Part shown: positions 10,015 to 20,313 of the stretch, in pieces
Numbering within the stretch: position 1 is the stretch's first letter
Layout of the letters: the number at the start of each line of letters is the position of its first letter
Origin: Nanobdellota archaeon
GTDB taxonomy: Archaea > Nanobdellota > Nanobdellia > Pacearchaeales > GW2011-AR1
NCBI GenBank assembly: GCA_038046005.1
Contig: JBBSXB010000003.1
Span: 23,193 to 87,192, forward strand
Reading direction: 5' to 3'
Length of the DNA stretch: 64,000 bases
Position numbers and translations under genes: made by a program
Notes under the pieces: generated by a model
Seen by the model: only the letters and a program-made list of their open reading frames with translations
What the model was told of the DNA's origin: nothing
The model's database searches: none

Positions 10015-10431
10015 TCACTGAATCCTAAACTCTTTTCCAAAAAAATCCTTTATGATTTTTTGCATCTCTAAAAGTCTTCTCTTGTTTCTTCCTATAAGTG
10101 CGGCTTTGTTTTGTGAACTTGCATTCAACACAATCTCTCCTTCATTAATACTCAGGTCTTTGAATGTTACAGGGTCAACAATATTCTGCACAAATTGTTT
10201 GGCGTATTCAATTCCTTCAGGCATGGGAATGATTCTAATCCTTCTCCCAAGAATTTCACTAATTCTTCTTATGTTTCTGGCCTTTTCTCCCAAAGCTCTA
10301 GGTATTAGTGGTTTAGGGATGCAATAAAAAATTGTTTCATTATATTTAAAACAGAAATTAGTTCTGACACCTGTGACTTTCTCAAACAAGTTGAGATGTC
10401 TCATAATCTGCATGTCAATAGTTGTATCCAT
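10015..10431 (-). CDS. nusA: Archaeal NusA (KH domains)
   Basis: ALGEKARNI and LIGRNKRRL KH loops; position after rpoA. Confidence 0.9.
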   Translation of the reverse strand: MDTTIDMQIMRHLNLFEKVTGVRTNFCFKYNETIFYCIPKPLIPRALGEKARNIRRISEILGRRIRIIPMPEGIEYAKQFVQNIVDPVTFKDLSINEGEIVLNASSQNKAALIGRNKRRLLEMQKIIKDFFGKEFRIQ

Positions 10432-10503
10432 AGTGTATTATTCTCTTAAAAAAAATTTCTTTATAAATTTATGCTTAATAAGTTTATTTGAGAAAACAAA
10501 GAT

Positions 10504-13500
10504 TTATTTATTTGCCCTGTCAACTATCTCGCTTTTGGCAGTTTTCAATTCACTATCTTTCTTTTTCAAAGGTCCGACAATTTGAACAAGCAGTCCAGGT
10601 AATCCGGTTCCAACCGGAACAGGCTGATTCAAAATTATGTTTTCTATTACACTTGTTAATTTATCCTTGCTTCCTTTTATCGTCGCATTTACAAATTGTT
10701 TTACAGGAGTTTCAAAAGTCGCTCTTGCCAAAATCGAGGCTTTTTGCGCTATGATTCCTATTCTTGTAACTCCCTTAACATCTCCAGTATTAGTCATCGC
10801 ATCTGCAACAAGCTTCAAGTGTCTCTGATCAATGTCAAGTCCTTGAGGTTTTATAACAGCCTTGATTTCCTCAATAATCAGCTGTCTTGCAACTTCAATT
10901 CCAAAAACTTCCGCAACTTCATGAAGGTCATTTGAAATTGTTTTATTAGGGTTTACTTCTTTGAACAACAAAACTTTTTTCAAGTTAGTTCCCAAAGTTA
11001 CAATAACATAATCTCCTTCTCTCTTGACAATCAACACTTGCTTGACTCCTTTTATTCCAGAAATGATTGTGTCTTTTACCTTTTCTTTAAGATTATAAAT
11101 TTCCTTGAAACCTTGATCTTCCAAACTCAAAGTTATAGAATCACTTTTCTCTTTAACCTTAAATCCAAGTTCATTCAATCTTGACACAACACTTCCAATA
11201 GACATATGGACTCTTTTTAATCCTTCTTTGTCAATTTTTATTTCAATTTTCTTATCGGTAAAATCAAGATTAACTTCAGAAGCTATTTCTTTCATAGTGA
11301 CTTCTTTTATTTTTTCAGCAAGAACTTTGGCATCTTTTTCATTGTCATATTCTTTTTTCAAATATATCTCCATTTTTGGTGAAGAAGGTTTTTTTCTCGC
11401 ATCAAATATTTCAATAAGTCTTGGAAGTCCTTGAGTTACCTGCATTTCAGAAACCCCTGCATAGTGGAATGTTCTCAAGACCATTTGTGTTGAAGGTTCT
11501 CCAAAAGACTGTGCAGTTATGATTCCAATAGCTTCTCCCGGCTCAAGCTCTTTCTTGTCATATTGCTTTGCTACGTCTATTCCATCATCTCCATAAATGA
11601 ACTGTATTATATTATTATTGCTGTCTCTTATTGTTCCGTCATATTCTTTTCTTAAATCTTGCAGCGCATTTGCCAATCTTCTGTACAAATAACCGGACTT
11701 AGGAGTTCTCAAAGCCGTATCCATAAGTGTTGCTCTTCCGGTTATTGCTCCAAAGAAAAATTCGCTAGGCCTCAGTCCTTTGATAAATGAACTTGCAATG
11801 AACCCTCTTGATTGTGGGGAAAGATCTCCTTTCTTGAAAAAAGATAAAGTTCTTCCAGTGTAACCAATATCAATTCTTTTTGCTTCCAAGTCCTGTTGTC
11901 CGACGCAACAAGCCATCTGCGTTATGTTAAGTATGTTTCCGCCACCACCACTTCTTATCATGTATGTAACTGGATTTTCTTCAGGGAACTGATCTTTGAT
12001 TAATTCCCCAATTTTTGTTCTTACTTCATTCAAAGTCCTGAGTATCTTTATTTCCCTTGATTCTTCAATACTTTTTCCAGGAAGCAATTCAAGCGTTCCG
12101 TTATTACATTCATCTATTATTTCATAAGCTTTCTTTTCAGCCCTCTCTATAACTTTTTTAGATTCGTCAGCTATTTTTTCATCAACATCAAAATCTTCCA
12201 AGGCGATTGTGATTCCTTTGTCGTTCAAATAATTCTTCCCAAGATTGAATGCTTTTTTTATTGTCTCAAAAGTTTCATATCTGCCAAATTTTCTGTCAAG
12301 CTCCCTTATCAATTCTCCGTCTTCTTGCCCAAACAATGTCTTATCAATGATTCCTTTAATTACTTCCCCATCTTTTATTGTTATAGAATTGTTTGAAAAG
12401 TTGACTTTTGGAAGTATGTTTGAGAAAATTTCCATGCCTGAAATTGTTTTTTTTGTGAAAACATGGTCAATTCCAGATTGATAAAACAATTGATTAACAT
12501 ACTCTTTTGAAAAATTCTCTAGCCCTAAAAGATAATTCCCTGTTATTGAATCTGCGATGCAACCTATCTGATTGGTCCCATTCTTTGAAGAAATCAGATT
12601 TTCTTTTACGTCCAAAAGCACTTTTGCTTCTGCTCTTGCTTCTTCTGTTTGAGGAGAGTGGATGTTCATTTCATCTCCGTCAAAATCAGCGTTATAAGGA
12701 GCAGCAACGGCTGGATGGAGTCTGAAAGTTCTTCCAGGCAAAACTCTTACATAATGTGCCATCAGACTTCCTTTGTGAAGGCTCGGGTGTCTGTTGAATA
12801 AAACAATGTCCCCATTTCTCAAATGTCTCTCGACTTGGTATCCCGGTGTCAATTCACTTATTATTTCATCCTTTAAATCCGGCGTTATTTTTTTTCTTTT
12901 TCCGTCGGGTCTTATTACATAATTTGCTCCAGGATATTCTTCACCCTTTTTTATTAGTGCCTTCATGTTCTCAAAATTAAGATCGTTGACAGTCTCTGCA
13001 ACAGTAACAACTCTTGCAATTTCGTAGGGAATTCCAACCTCATTAATCTGGATTGAGGGGTCAGGCGAAATAACTGTTCTTCCAGAATAATTTACTCTTT
13101 TACCTGCAAGATTTTTTCTTATTCTTCCTTCTTTTCCTTTTATTCTTTCTGAAATTGTTTTCAATGGCTGGCCGCTTCTGTGCCTTGCAGGAGGAATTCT
13201 TGCAACAGTGTTATCAAAAAAAGTTGTTATATGGAATTGCAGTAAATCCCACAAATCTTCTATAATTACTTCCGGTGCTCCGGCATTCAGATTTTCCCAC
13301 AATCTTTGATTTGCTCTTATAATATCAGAAAGCTTGTGTGTTAAGTCATCTTCACTTCTTTCTCCAGTTTCAAGAATGATACTTGGTCTGACTGTTACAG
13401 GAGGAACTAAAAGTCCTGTTAAGACTCCCCACTCTGGTCTGCATGAACTAGGTTCAACCCCAATTTTTCTTAATTCAGCGTCTGGAATATTAGATAGAAT

Positions 13501-13992
13501 TTCTCTTATTTCCGTTGGGAACATTCTTGACTTTCCCTTGTAGAAAGTTGTTGGCTTTTCAAGCTTTACTTTTTCATTGGCTGTTTGACAGTATGGGCAT
13601 TTTTTAACATCTTTTGCTCTCTTTACTCTTTGACTTGGGGGATATTTTGTAAGATCTTTTTCTTCAAGCATAAGTTTTCCACAGGCTCTACAAAAACATC
13701 TTAAACCCATTTCTATTAAAGGTACATAATTAAGATGAATAACTGATCTTGCAAGGTCAATACTTCCTGGATGCCCTAAACATTCTTTTATTCTTCCCCC
13801 ACAAGTCCTGCATCTTACTCCCGGATCAATTGCTCCAAGTCTTAAATCCATCAAACCACCGTCGACAGGATAGCCGTCAATATCATAAAGTTCTGGAGTC
13901 ACAATTTTTGCAGAAGATAATTTTTTAATCTGCTCCGGACTAAATAAGTTGAACCTTATTTCCCCGATTTTTTTTCTTAGTCTTTTTTGCAT
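10504..13992 (-). CDS. rpoA: RNA polymerase largest subunit, fused A'+A'' (Rpo1)
   Basis: YNADFDGDEMN active site, N-terminal Zn sites, and A'' motifs GEPSTQM and RATFET in a single ORF. Confidence 0.97.
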   Translation of the reverse strand: MQKRLRKKIGEIRFNLFSPEQIKKLSSAKIVTPELYDIDGYPVDGGLMDLRLGAIDPGVRCRTCGGRIKECLGHPGSIDLARSVIHLNYVPLIEMGLRCFCRACGKLMLEEKDLTKYPPSQRVKRAKDVKKCPYCQTANEKVKLEKPTTFYKGKSRMFPTEIREILSNIPDAELRKIGVEPSSCRPEWGVLTGLLVPPVTVRPSIILETGERSEDDLTHKLSDIIRANQRLWENLNAGAPEVIIEDLWDLLQFHITTFFDNTVARIPPARHRSGQPLKTISERIKGKEGRIRKNLAGKRVNYSGRTVISPDPSIQINEVGIPYEIARVVTVAETVNDLNFENMKALIKKGEEYPGANYVIRPDGKRKKITPDLKDEIISELTPGYQVERHLRNGDIVLFNRHPSLHKGSLMAHYVRVLPGRTFRLHPAVAAPYNADFDGDEMNIHSPQTEEARAEAKVLLDVKENLISSKNGTNQIGCIADSITGNYLLGLENFSKEYVNQLFYQSGIDHVFTKKTISGMEIFSNILPKVNFSNNSITIKDGEVIKGIIDKTLFGQEDGELIRELDRKFGRYETFETIKKAFNLGKNYLNDKGITIALEDFDVDEKIADESKKVIERAEKKAYEIIDECNNGTLELLPGKSIEESREIKILRTLNEVRTKIGELIKDQFPEENPVTYMIRSGGGGNILNITQMACCVGQQDLEAKRIDIGYTGRTLSFFKKGDLSPQSRGFIASSFIKGLRPSEFFFGAITGRATLMDTALRTPKSGYLYRRLANALQDLRKEYDGTIRDSNNNIIQFIYGDDGIDVAKQYDKKELEPGEAIGIITAQSFGEPSTQMVLRTFHYAGVSEMQVTQGLPRLIEIFDARKKPSSPKMEIYLKKEYDNEKDAKVLAEKIKEVTMKEIASEVNLDFTDKKIEIKIDKEGLKRVHMSIGSVVSRLNELGFKVKEKSDSITLSLEDQGFKEIYNLKEKVKDTIISGIKGVKQVLIVKREGDYVIVTLGTNLKKVLLFKEVNPNKTISNDLHEVAEVFGIEVARQLIIEEIKAVIKPQGLDIDQRHLKLVADAMTNTGDVKGVTRIGIIAQKASILARATFETPVKQFVNATIKGSKDKLTSVIENIILNQPVPVGTGLPGLLVQIVGPLKKKDSELKTAKSEIVDRANK

Positions 13993-13999
13993 TTTTTAT

Positions 14000-16900
14000 T
14001 TATTCATATTTATTTTTTAATCCAAACGTTGTATGAATGTGCAATCCTTGTAATTCTTCAACAAGTAATTTGAACGCATATGAGATTTCAACAAATTCTA
14101 TTTTCTCGCTGCTGCATATAGGGCAGGAGACTTTTTTCCTTATATTATCATCAACGGCTGTAGCGCCACATTTGACGCATATTGGCAAAACAACTTTGTC
14201 GGAGCTGTATCTTTCTTTTAACAACAAAGCCGCTCCATGCGCAACTAAAACTTGTTGCTCCATTTCTCCAAGCCTTAAAGCTCCCCCTCTTGATCTTCCT
14301 TCTATAGGCTGTCTTGTCAGCAAGGCGATTTTTCCTGAAGCTCTTCCGTGAAGCTTGTTTCCAACCATATACTTTAATTTCAAATAATAAAGATTCCCAA
14401 CAAATATTTTTGACTCTATCTTTCTTCCAGTTACTCCATTATACATTGTTTCTTTTCCATCATATCTAAACCCTAAAGCTTTAAGTTGTTCTTCAAGTTC
14501 TTTTTTACTTTCTCCGGCAAAGCAAGTTCCGTCGATAACTTTTCCCCTTAAACATCCAACCTTTCCTGCAAGCAGTTCTAAAAGATAACCAACAGTCATT
14601 CTGCTTGGAAGTCCGTGAGGATTAAAGATTACGTCTGGTTTCACTCCTCTTGCTGTGAATGGGACATCTTCTTCAGGCACTATCAGCCCAAGAACTCCTT
14701 TCTGTCCGTGGGAAGTTGCAAATTTATCACCAACTTCGGGAATTCTTTGATCCCTTGTTTTTACTTGGGCAATCTTATTTCCTTCATTATCTTCAGTAAT
14801 AAAAACAGATTCTACAGTCCCCTTTTCTTCTTGTCTCATAGTCACGCTTGATTCTTTTTTTGTTCTAACGGAAATTTCTCTAGCTTCTGACAGGAATTTT
14901 GGTGGTGAGACTTTTCCAATTAAAACATCTCCCTCAGAAATTTCGGCTTCTGGATGTGTTATTCCGTCATCATCTAAAAGTCTGTAGCTTGATTCTGTCT
15001 TATATCCTGAAGAATCTTTTTCAGGAATTCCTATTTCATCTCTTAACCCTCCAGCATAATGCATTTCAACTGCTGAATATGGCCTGTAATAGAAGCTTCT
15101 TCCAACTCCCCTATCAACACTTCCTTTATTGAAAACAAGTGCATCTTCCATATTGTAACCATCGTAAGTCATGATCGCAACAACTAAATTTTGTCCTGCG
15201 GGATAAATGTTTAAAGTGTCATAAACAAAGCTTTTAACAATTGGTTTTTGAGGGTATTGCAAAATGCTGACATCAGTGTCAATCCTACACAGATAATTTG
15301 CGGCATAAATTCCCAAAGCCTGCTTTTGTGTTTTACTTCCTCTGTTCAGTCTGGAACTCTGATCGTGATTTGCATAAGGTACAAGGCTTGTAACAACTCC
15401 AAATACATCTAAAGGATCTATTTCGAGATGGGTGTGCTCCGACGTTATTTCTTCTTCATAAAGTGCAACTAATGTATTTTCCTCTTCAGAGGCGTCTAAA
15501 TATTCAATAACTCCACTCTCAACTAAATACTGCCAATCGATTTCTCCCTGTTCTATTCTTACAATATGCTCATTTTTTAATCTTGAAGATCCGTTGTCAA
15601 CAATTATTAAAGGTCTTAAAACTCTCCCAGCTTCCGTTGATATCAAAATGGTCTGGAATTTTTCGTTATCTCTGACATTAAGCTGAACGGGAAGCTGATT
15701 GTTCCTTCTTTTTTCTCTTATTTTAGTCACAAAATCTTTTGGATTTTCAATCGTTCCAATAAACATTCCATTTAAGAAAACATCAGTCTCTTTATTATTA
15801 TTATTATCTTCTGTTCTCAATCCAAAATTTTGAAGATCTTTTATGAATTTTTCTTCGTCAAGGTCAATTCTTGTCGAGACTCTGCTCAATATTGCGAGAT
15901 TCTTTCTAAGACCAATTTCTGTTCCTTCTGGAGTTTCTATGGGGCAGAATCTTCCGTAGTGAGTTGGATGCAAAGTTCTCGCCTTAAAATTTTCTTGGTC
16001 GCTTGAAAGCATACTTGAAACTCTTTGAAGCTGTGAAATTGTTGCAAGATAATTTGTTTTGTCCATGTTCTGTGTTATTCCAGATCTTTCCCCTGTCCAA
16101 CTTCCTGTTGCAATTGCTGATTCGACTCTATGCGAGAATAATGTAGACTTAGCAATTATCTTTATGGAGAAAAACTTTTTTCTCTTGGAGGATTTTTGCA
16201 GAGAGTATTGTATGTCTCTAATTAAAATTCCCAAGTTAACTCTGAATAAAGTTGCTAAAAGATCTCCAGAAAGTCTTACTCTCTTATTTGCATAATGGTC
16301 TTTGTCTGTTCTCAATTCAGGATTTTCTTTAGAAAGCAAAAATTGTTTTATTAATTTGCACAATGTAACTCCTTTCTTTATTCTGTCTTCTTTTTTCTGT
16401 CCAATGTGTGGAAATAAGTATGAGTCAATTCTTTGTTTTACTCTATCAAGAATTTCTTTTTTTGTTCCCTGTAAACTGGTTTTTTCAGCAATAAACATCA
16501 TAGCATCTTCTTTGGTTGCAATATTGACAAACTCATACAAGTTAACAATAACACTGTCTGTTTCTTTTTTTATGTATCTTGCAATGTCAGATTCTTTTAT
16601 TAATCCCAAAGCTTTAAGCAAAACAATTGCAGGAATATTTTTGAATTTACCGAATGAAACTTCAAAAAGTCCTTTTTTATCCTCTGTGATTGTTGTTGGG
16701 ATTCTGTATGTTCCTTTTAATGAGAAAAGTTTTAAGACTAAATTTCCTCTTGAATCTGTTTCAACAAAAGGCTGGTTTTCAGCTAAGTCCTCAGCCATTA
16801 CCATAACCCTTTCATTTCCTTTTATTAAGAAATATCCCCCAGGGTCTAGAGGGTCAACATAATTTGCAATCATGTCATCTTTTTGCATACCCCAAGTGTT

Positions 16901-17266
16901 GCATATCTTGCTTCTTACCATGACTGGAATTTTCCCTATTTCAACTTCCTCAGAATCAACTTGTCCATCTTTTTTAACAGTCATTTCTAAATGTATTGGG
17001 GCAGCATATGTAAGATTTCTAATTCTTGCATCAGACGGCATTACCATAGAAGAACTTCCATCGGCCTCCGTTATTACTGGTCTGCCGGTTTTTATTTTTC
17101 CCAAGGTTATTTCAAAATCATTGTTTTCTATAGTTGAAGCAATTTCGTCAACAATGTCCTGCATTCTTTTCTCTATAAAATTATTAAAAGAAATTATGTT
17201 TGACTCTACGAGTGAGTGCTTTTCAAGGTATTTTTTCACAATTAAGTGCTGTGTGTCCTTAGGCAT
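14000..17266 (-). CDS. rpoB: RNA polymerase subunit B (Rpo2), unsplit
   Basis: CPIETPEG, GDKFATSHGQKG, RLGEME and a C-terminal Zn ribbon. Confidence 0.98.
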   Translation of the reverse strand: MPKDTQHLIVKKYLEKHSLVESNIISFNNFIEKRMQDIVDEIASTIENNDFEITLGKIKTGRPVITEADGSSSMVMPSDARIRNLTYAAPIHLEMTVKKDGQVDSEEVEIGKIPVMVRSKICNTWGMQKDDMIANYVDPLDPGGYFLIKGNERVMVMAEDLAENQPFVETDSRGNLVLKLFSLKGTYRIPTTITEDKKGLFEVSFGKFKNIPAIVLLKALGLIKESDIARYIKKETDSVIVNLYEFVNIATKEDAMMFIAEKTSLQGTKKEILDRVKQRIDSYLFPHIGQKKEDRIKKGVTLCKLIKQFLLSKENPELRTDKDHYANKRVRLSGDLLATLFRVNLGILIRDIQYSLQKSSKRKKFFSIKIIAKSTLFSHRVESAIATGSWTGERSGITQNMDKTNYLATISQLQRVSSMLSSDQENFKARTLHPTHYGRFCPIETPEGTEIGLRKNLAILSRVSTRIDLDEEKFIKDLQNFGLRTEDNNNNKETDVFLNGMFIGTIENPKDFVTKIREKRRNNQLPVQLNVRDNEKFQTILISTEAGRVLRPLIIVDNGSSRLKNEHIVRIEQGEIDWQYLVESGVIEYLDASEEENTLVALYEEEITSEHTHLEIDPLDVFGVVTSLVPYANHDQSSRLNRGSKTQKQALGIYAANYLCRIDTDVSILQYPQKPIVKSFVYDTLNIYPAGQNLVVAIMTYDGYNMEDALVFNKGSVDRGVGRSFYYRPYSAVEMHYAGGLRDEIGIPEKDSSGYKTESSYRLLDDDGITHPEAEISEGDVLIGKVSPPKFLSEAREISVRTKKESSVTMRQEEKGTVESVFITEDNEGNKIAQVKTRDQRIPEVGDKFATSHGQKGVLGLIVPEEDVPFTARGVKPDVIFNPHGLPSRMTVGYLLELLAGKVGCLRGKVIDGTCFAGESKKELEEQLKALGFRYDGKETMYNGVTGRKIESKIFVGNLYYLKLKYMVGNKLHGRASGKIALLTRQPIEGRSRGGALRLGEMEQQVLVAHGAALLLKERYSSDKVVLPICVKCGATAVDDNIRKKVSCPICSSEKIEFVEISYAFKLLVEELQGLHIHTTFGLKNKYE

Positions 17267-17305
17267 TTTTTAAATGAATTTGATATTTATTCAGTTTATA
17301 CTCAA

Positions 17306-17515
17306 CTAAACAACAACTCTGTAGTAGGATACAGTTTTTTCTTCGAACTTTCTTTCAATTTTTATCATATCTCCAACTTGGCAGCCTTCTGGCAGCCCCG
17401 GATCAGTTGAAAGAATTTTTGGAATTTGTGCTTTTGAAATATTCAGTCTTGCTGTGAATTCTGCGACTTCTTTTTCAGATAATTTCACGTGTTTTGGTTG
17501 TAGAATATGTGGCAT
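17306..17515 (-). CDS. rpoH: RNA polymerase subunit H (Rpo5)
   Basis: HILQPKH...IPKILSTDP...YYRVVV. Confidence 0.95.
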   Translation of the reverse strand: MPHILQPKHVKLSEKEVAEFTARLNISKAQIPKILSTDPGLPEGCQVGDMIKIERKFEEKTVSYYRVVV

Positions 17516-17655
17516 GTTAGGGGCAAATGGGAAATTTTAGCTAGTTCTCCTTGAATTTATTTAGCAACTCTAGGATAATAAAAGATAACAAAAATTGGTT
17601 TAAAAAGCTTTCTGTCTAATGGATTTTTTGAGAAAATATCTCCTTAGTGCCAAAG

Positions 17656-18357
17656 TCATTTAGGTATGACTGCTATTCCATCAAGTATTTCCATGATGTA
17701 TTGGTCATCCTTATTCAGGCCTAAAAATCCAACAACCTGAAGAGTATCCGGATTAACTGACTTTGTTGGATAATGTATTGCATGAGGATCTCCAAATTTA
17801 TCTCCATTTCTCCTGTAACCTTTAGTTAATCCGACTTGCGGGTCAGCTTTTGTTTTCAATAATAAAGTTCTTCCATAAACATCTGGAATTTGACCTAACC
17901 AGCCTAAAAGATTTATACCAAATCTATTCCCTTCTTTAGTAGTTGACAATTCTTCCAAACATATAGCATTCTCACAAACATCATTTCCACGAATAGAAAA
18001 CAAAGGGAAAAAAGCCTCCATAACAACCTCTTTTTTACTTCTAGGAAAAACTCTTTCTGGCTTTATTCTAAATTGATATTCTTCTGGAACAATTAATTCT
18101 TGCGCAGAATAAAGTGAAGTGTCTCCTGTTCCATCTCCCGAAACAAAAGCAATTACACTCATTATTTTTGCTGGTCCTTTACGAATATTTACTTTAATCT
18201 CAGCTCTAGCAGTATATGCTTTTTTTTGGATAAAAGTAAACTGAGATGGATCAAAAAACTGTAAATCATTTCCAAAAAGTCCTTGATACGTTCCACAAGC
18301 GTTTGGAAGCTCGTTTTCTGCAAGTTTTAAACACTTAACTAATTTTGATTTTTCCAT
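17656..18357 (-). CDS. Hypothetical protein
   Basis: 233-aa ORF; no recognised family. Confidence 0.6.
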   Translation of the reverse strand: MEKSKLVKCLKLAENELPNACGTYQGLFGNDLQFFDPSQFTFIQKKAYTARAEIKVNIRKGPAKIMSVIAFVSGDGTGDTSLYSAQELIVPEEYQFRIKPERVFPRSKKEVVMEAFFPLFSIRGNDVCENAICLEELSTTKEGNRFGINLLGWLGQIPDVYGRTLLLKTKADPQVGLTKGYRRNGDKFGDPHAIHYPTKSVNPDTLQVVGFLGLNKDDQYIMEILDGIAVIPK

Positions 18358-18388
18358 AGATTTAATATAAACTAATTATATTTAAGGA

Positions 18389-18949
18389 TTATTGTACTTC
18401 CTTATATCTAAAACAAGAAGTTATATGGTCATTTACCATTCCAGCAGCCTGCATAAAAGCATAGCAAATAGTGCTTCCAACAAACTTAAAACCTCTTTCT
18501 TTCAAATTTTTACTCATTTCATCAGACTCTTTTGAGGTTGCAGGTAATTCTCTAGTTGTTTTGAACTTATGTTTTATTGTTTTGTGTTTTGTGAACTGCC
18601 ATATATATTTGTCGAAACTCCCAAATTCTTTCTTGATTTCCAAGAATTTTTGAGCATTTGTTATTGTTGCTGTGATTTTCTGTCTGTTTCTTATAATGTT
18701 AGCATCATTCAGAAGCCTATTCATGTCTTTTTCACCATATTTTGAAACTTTTACAGGGTCAAAATTACTAAATGCTTTTTCAAAACCCCTCCTTTTTTTA
18801 AGGACAATTTCCCAACTCAATCCCGCCTGGAATGCGTCCAGGACTAAAAATTCAAAGAGTTTTCTATCATCATAAAGCGGAACTCCCCATTCTTTGTCAT
18901 GATAGTCAATCATCAATTGATTTTGGCCAGGCCATTCACATCTTTTCAT
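18389..18949 (-). CDS. tag: DNA-3-methyladenine glycosylase I (likely start MKRCEW)
   Basis: YHDKEWG, FQAGLSW, IIRNRQKI, GFKFVG and NDH..C motifs. Confidence 0.95.
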   Translation of the reverse strand: MKRCEWPGQNQLMIDYHDKEWGVPLYDDRKLFEFLVLDAFQAGLSWEIVLKKRRGFEKAFSNFDPVKVSKYGEKDMNRLLNDANIIRNRQKITATITNAQKFLEIKKEFGSFDKYIWQFTKHKTIKHKFKTTRELPATSKESDEMSKNLKERGFKFVGSTICYAFMQAAGMVNDHITSCFRYKEVQ

Positions 18950-18956
18950 TTTGATT

Positions 18957-19526
18957 TTAGACAATTTTTCTTTCTCCAATAAAATTGACTTTAGAAGGAT
19001 TGTGAACTACCCAAGAATCATGAATCTTACGATATTTTCCTTCTCCCCCTTCAAGTGCAAGTAGCCCATCATACCCTAGAGATTCTATATGTCTAGAAAA
19101 AATATCTCCATGGCTAAATGTTATTTCTTTAATTCCAGATTTAATATATTTCTTATTTCTTATATCTTCAATAGCTTTTTTTGTTGATGCTACAACATAC
19201 CATTTTTTAGCATGTTTTAATTTGTCGGTTAAAACTTCTAAAAAGCTAGCCATTACTATATCCAGAGTCTTTATTTCTCTAAAATCTAAAAAATTTAATC
19301 CATCCACACTTACAGAATAAACAACTGGCGTTTTTGTATTTTGTGATCTAAGTTTGGCATAACCCTCAGCAGATTCTATATCAGAAGTAAGGTAGATGCC
19401 CTCTCCAATAGTGTCATCATATGCCTTTCTAAACACTCTAATTCCCAATTCTCCTGAGCCATGATATAGGGGTTCTATTCCTCTTACGATTGAAACCAAA
19501 TTATTTTTTAACATATTCAAAAACAT
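18957..19526 (-). CDS. ADP-ribosyltransferase-like protein (ART-PolyVal-like)
   Basis: LYHGS, GEGIYLT, AEGYA, LGYDGL and WVVHNP pattern; first usable ATG directly follows the tRNA. Confidence 0.6.
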   Translation of the reverse strand: MFLNMLKNNLVSIVRGIEPLYHGSGELGIRVFRKAYDDTIGEGIYLTSDIESAEGYAKLRSQNTKTPVVYSVSVDGLNFLDFREIKTLDIVMASFLEVLTDKLKHAKKWYVVASTKKAIEDIRNKKYIKSGIKEITFSHGDIFSRHIESLGYDGLLALEGGEGKYRKIHDSWVVHNPSKVNFIGERKIV

Positions 19527-19599
19527 GGCCCCGATGGGATTTGAACCCACGACACCCGGATTAAAAGTCCGGTGCTCTACCAGGCTGAGCTACGGAGCC
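19526..19599 (-). tRNA. tRNA-Lys(UUU), CCA not encoded
   Basis: GGCTCCG/CGGGGCC acceptor stem, anticodon arm CCGGA-CTTTTAA-TCCGG, T loop TTCAAAT. Confidence 0.96.
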
Positions 19600-19664
19600 G
19601 TCTAAATTAAGGATTAAAAATAGTTTATAAAAGTATTTATAATTCCTTTTTATAAACAGATCAT

Positions 19665-19928
19665 ATGGCCGAAAGTTTAGTAGATTATCACACATATAGA
19701 AGAAAGAGGAGAGGATTATTGACAAAAAAAGGATTCGATTTAGTTGCTAATACAAACCCAAATAATGATCAATATAGAAGATCGCAAGAAGAATTATCAG
19801 AATTGAACTTCGTAGATTTGTCCGAAGAAGTTATTTCTCTTTATACAAAAATTTCAATCGCATTTCCAAATGAGGCTAAAATATGGAAATTGGAGCAACT
19901 TTGCCTAATGTCTAAAACACTAGGATGA
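19665..19928 (+). CDS. Hypothetical protein
   Basis: 87 aa, divergent from the tRNA, TTTATAA upstream. Confidence 0.5.
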   Translation: MAESLVDYHTYRRKRRGLLTKKGFDLVANTNPNNDQYRRSQEELSELNFVDLSEEVISLYTKISIAFPNEAKIWKLEQLCLMSKTLG

Positions 19929-19930
19929 TC

Positions 19931-20275
19931 TTATAAGAAATGTTTTAATTCGTCCTCAAAGTCTTCCTCAGATCGTGAACCTACAAACTGTTTAGAGACT
20001 TTTCCATCTTTGAAAAGGACGAAGTTAGGAATTGACCTCACACTGAATTTGTTGGCGAGTATCTGATTATCTTCAATGTTAACTTTGCCGAATTTTATTT
20101 TTCCCTTAAATTTGTCATTAAGCTCTTCAATAACAGGAACCATCATAACACAAGGCATACACCAATCTGCGAAAAAATCAACAAGCACAGTTCCACTTTT
20201 TATAAATTTTTCAAATTCTCCGTTAGTCAGTTCAGGAATCTCATGATTTTTAGCCATTTTAATATCCATATACAT
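19931..20275 (-). CDS. trxA: Thioredoxin
   Basis: FFADWCMPC active site, SIP cis-Pro loop, FKDG; the true start may be 20257. Confidence 0.93.
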   Translation of the reverse strand: MYMDIKMAKNHEIPELTNGEFEKFIKSGTVLVDFFADWCMPCVMMVPVIEELNDKFKGKIKFGKVNIEDNQILANKFSVRSIPNFVLFKDGKVSKQFVGSRSEEDFEDELKHFL

Positions 20276-20313
20276 GTTCTAAGAAAGACCTATATTTATA
20301 AAAGTTTTGGGGA

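Noticed and set aside
2444-17273. Many plus-strand ORFs antisense to tuf, fusA, rpoA and rpoB
   Set aside because: Shadow frames of conserved genes with no motifs or start signals.
19526-19599. Integrated element at tRNA-Lys
   Set aside because: No second copy of the tRNA 3' end and no integrase seen in the window.
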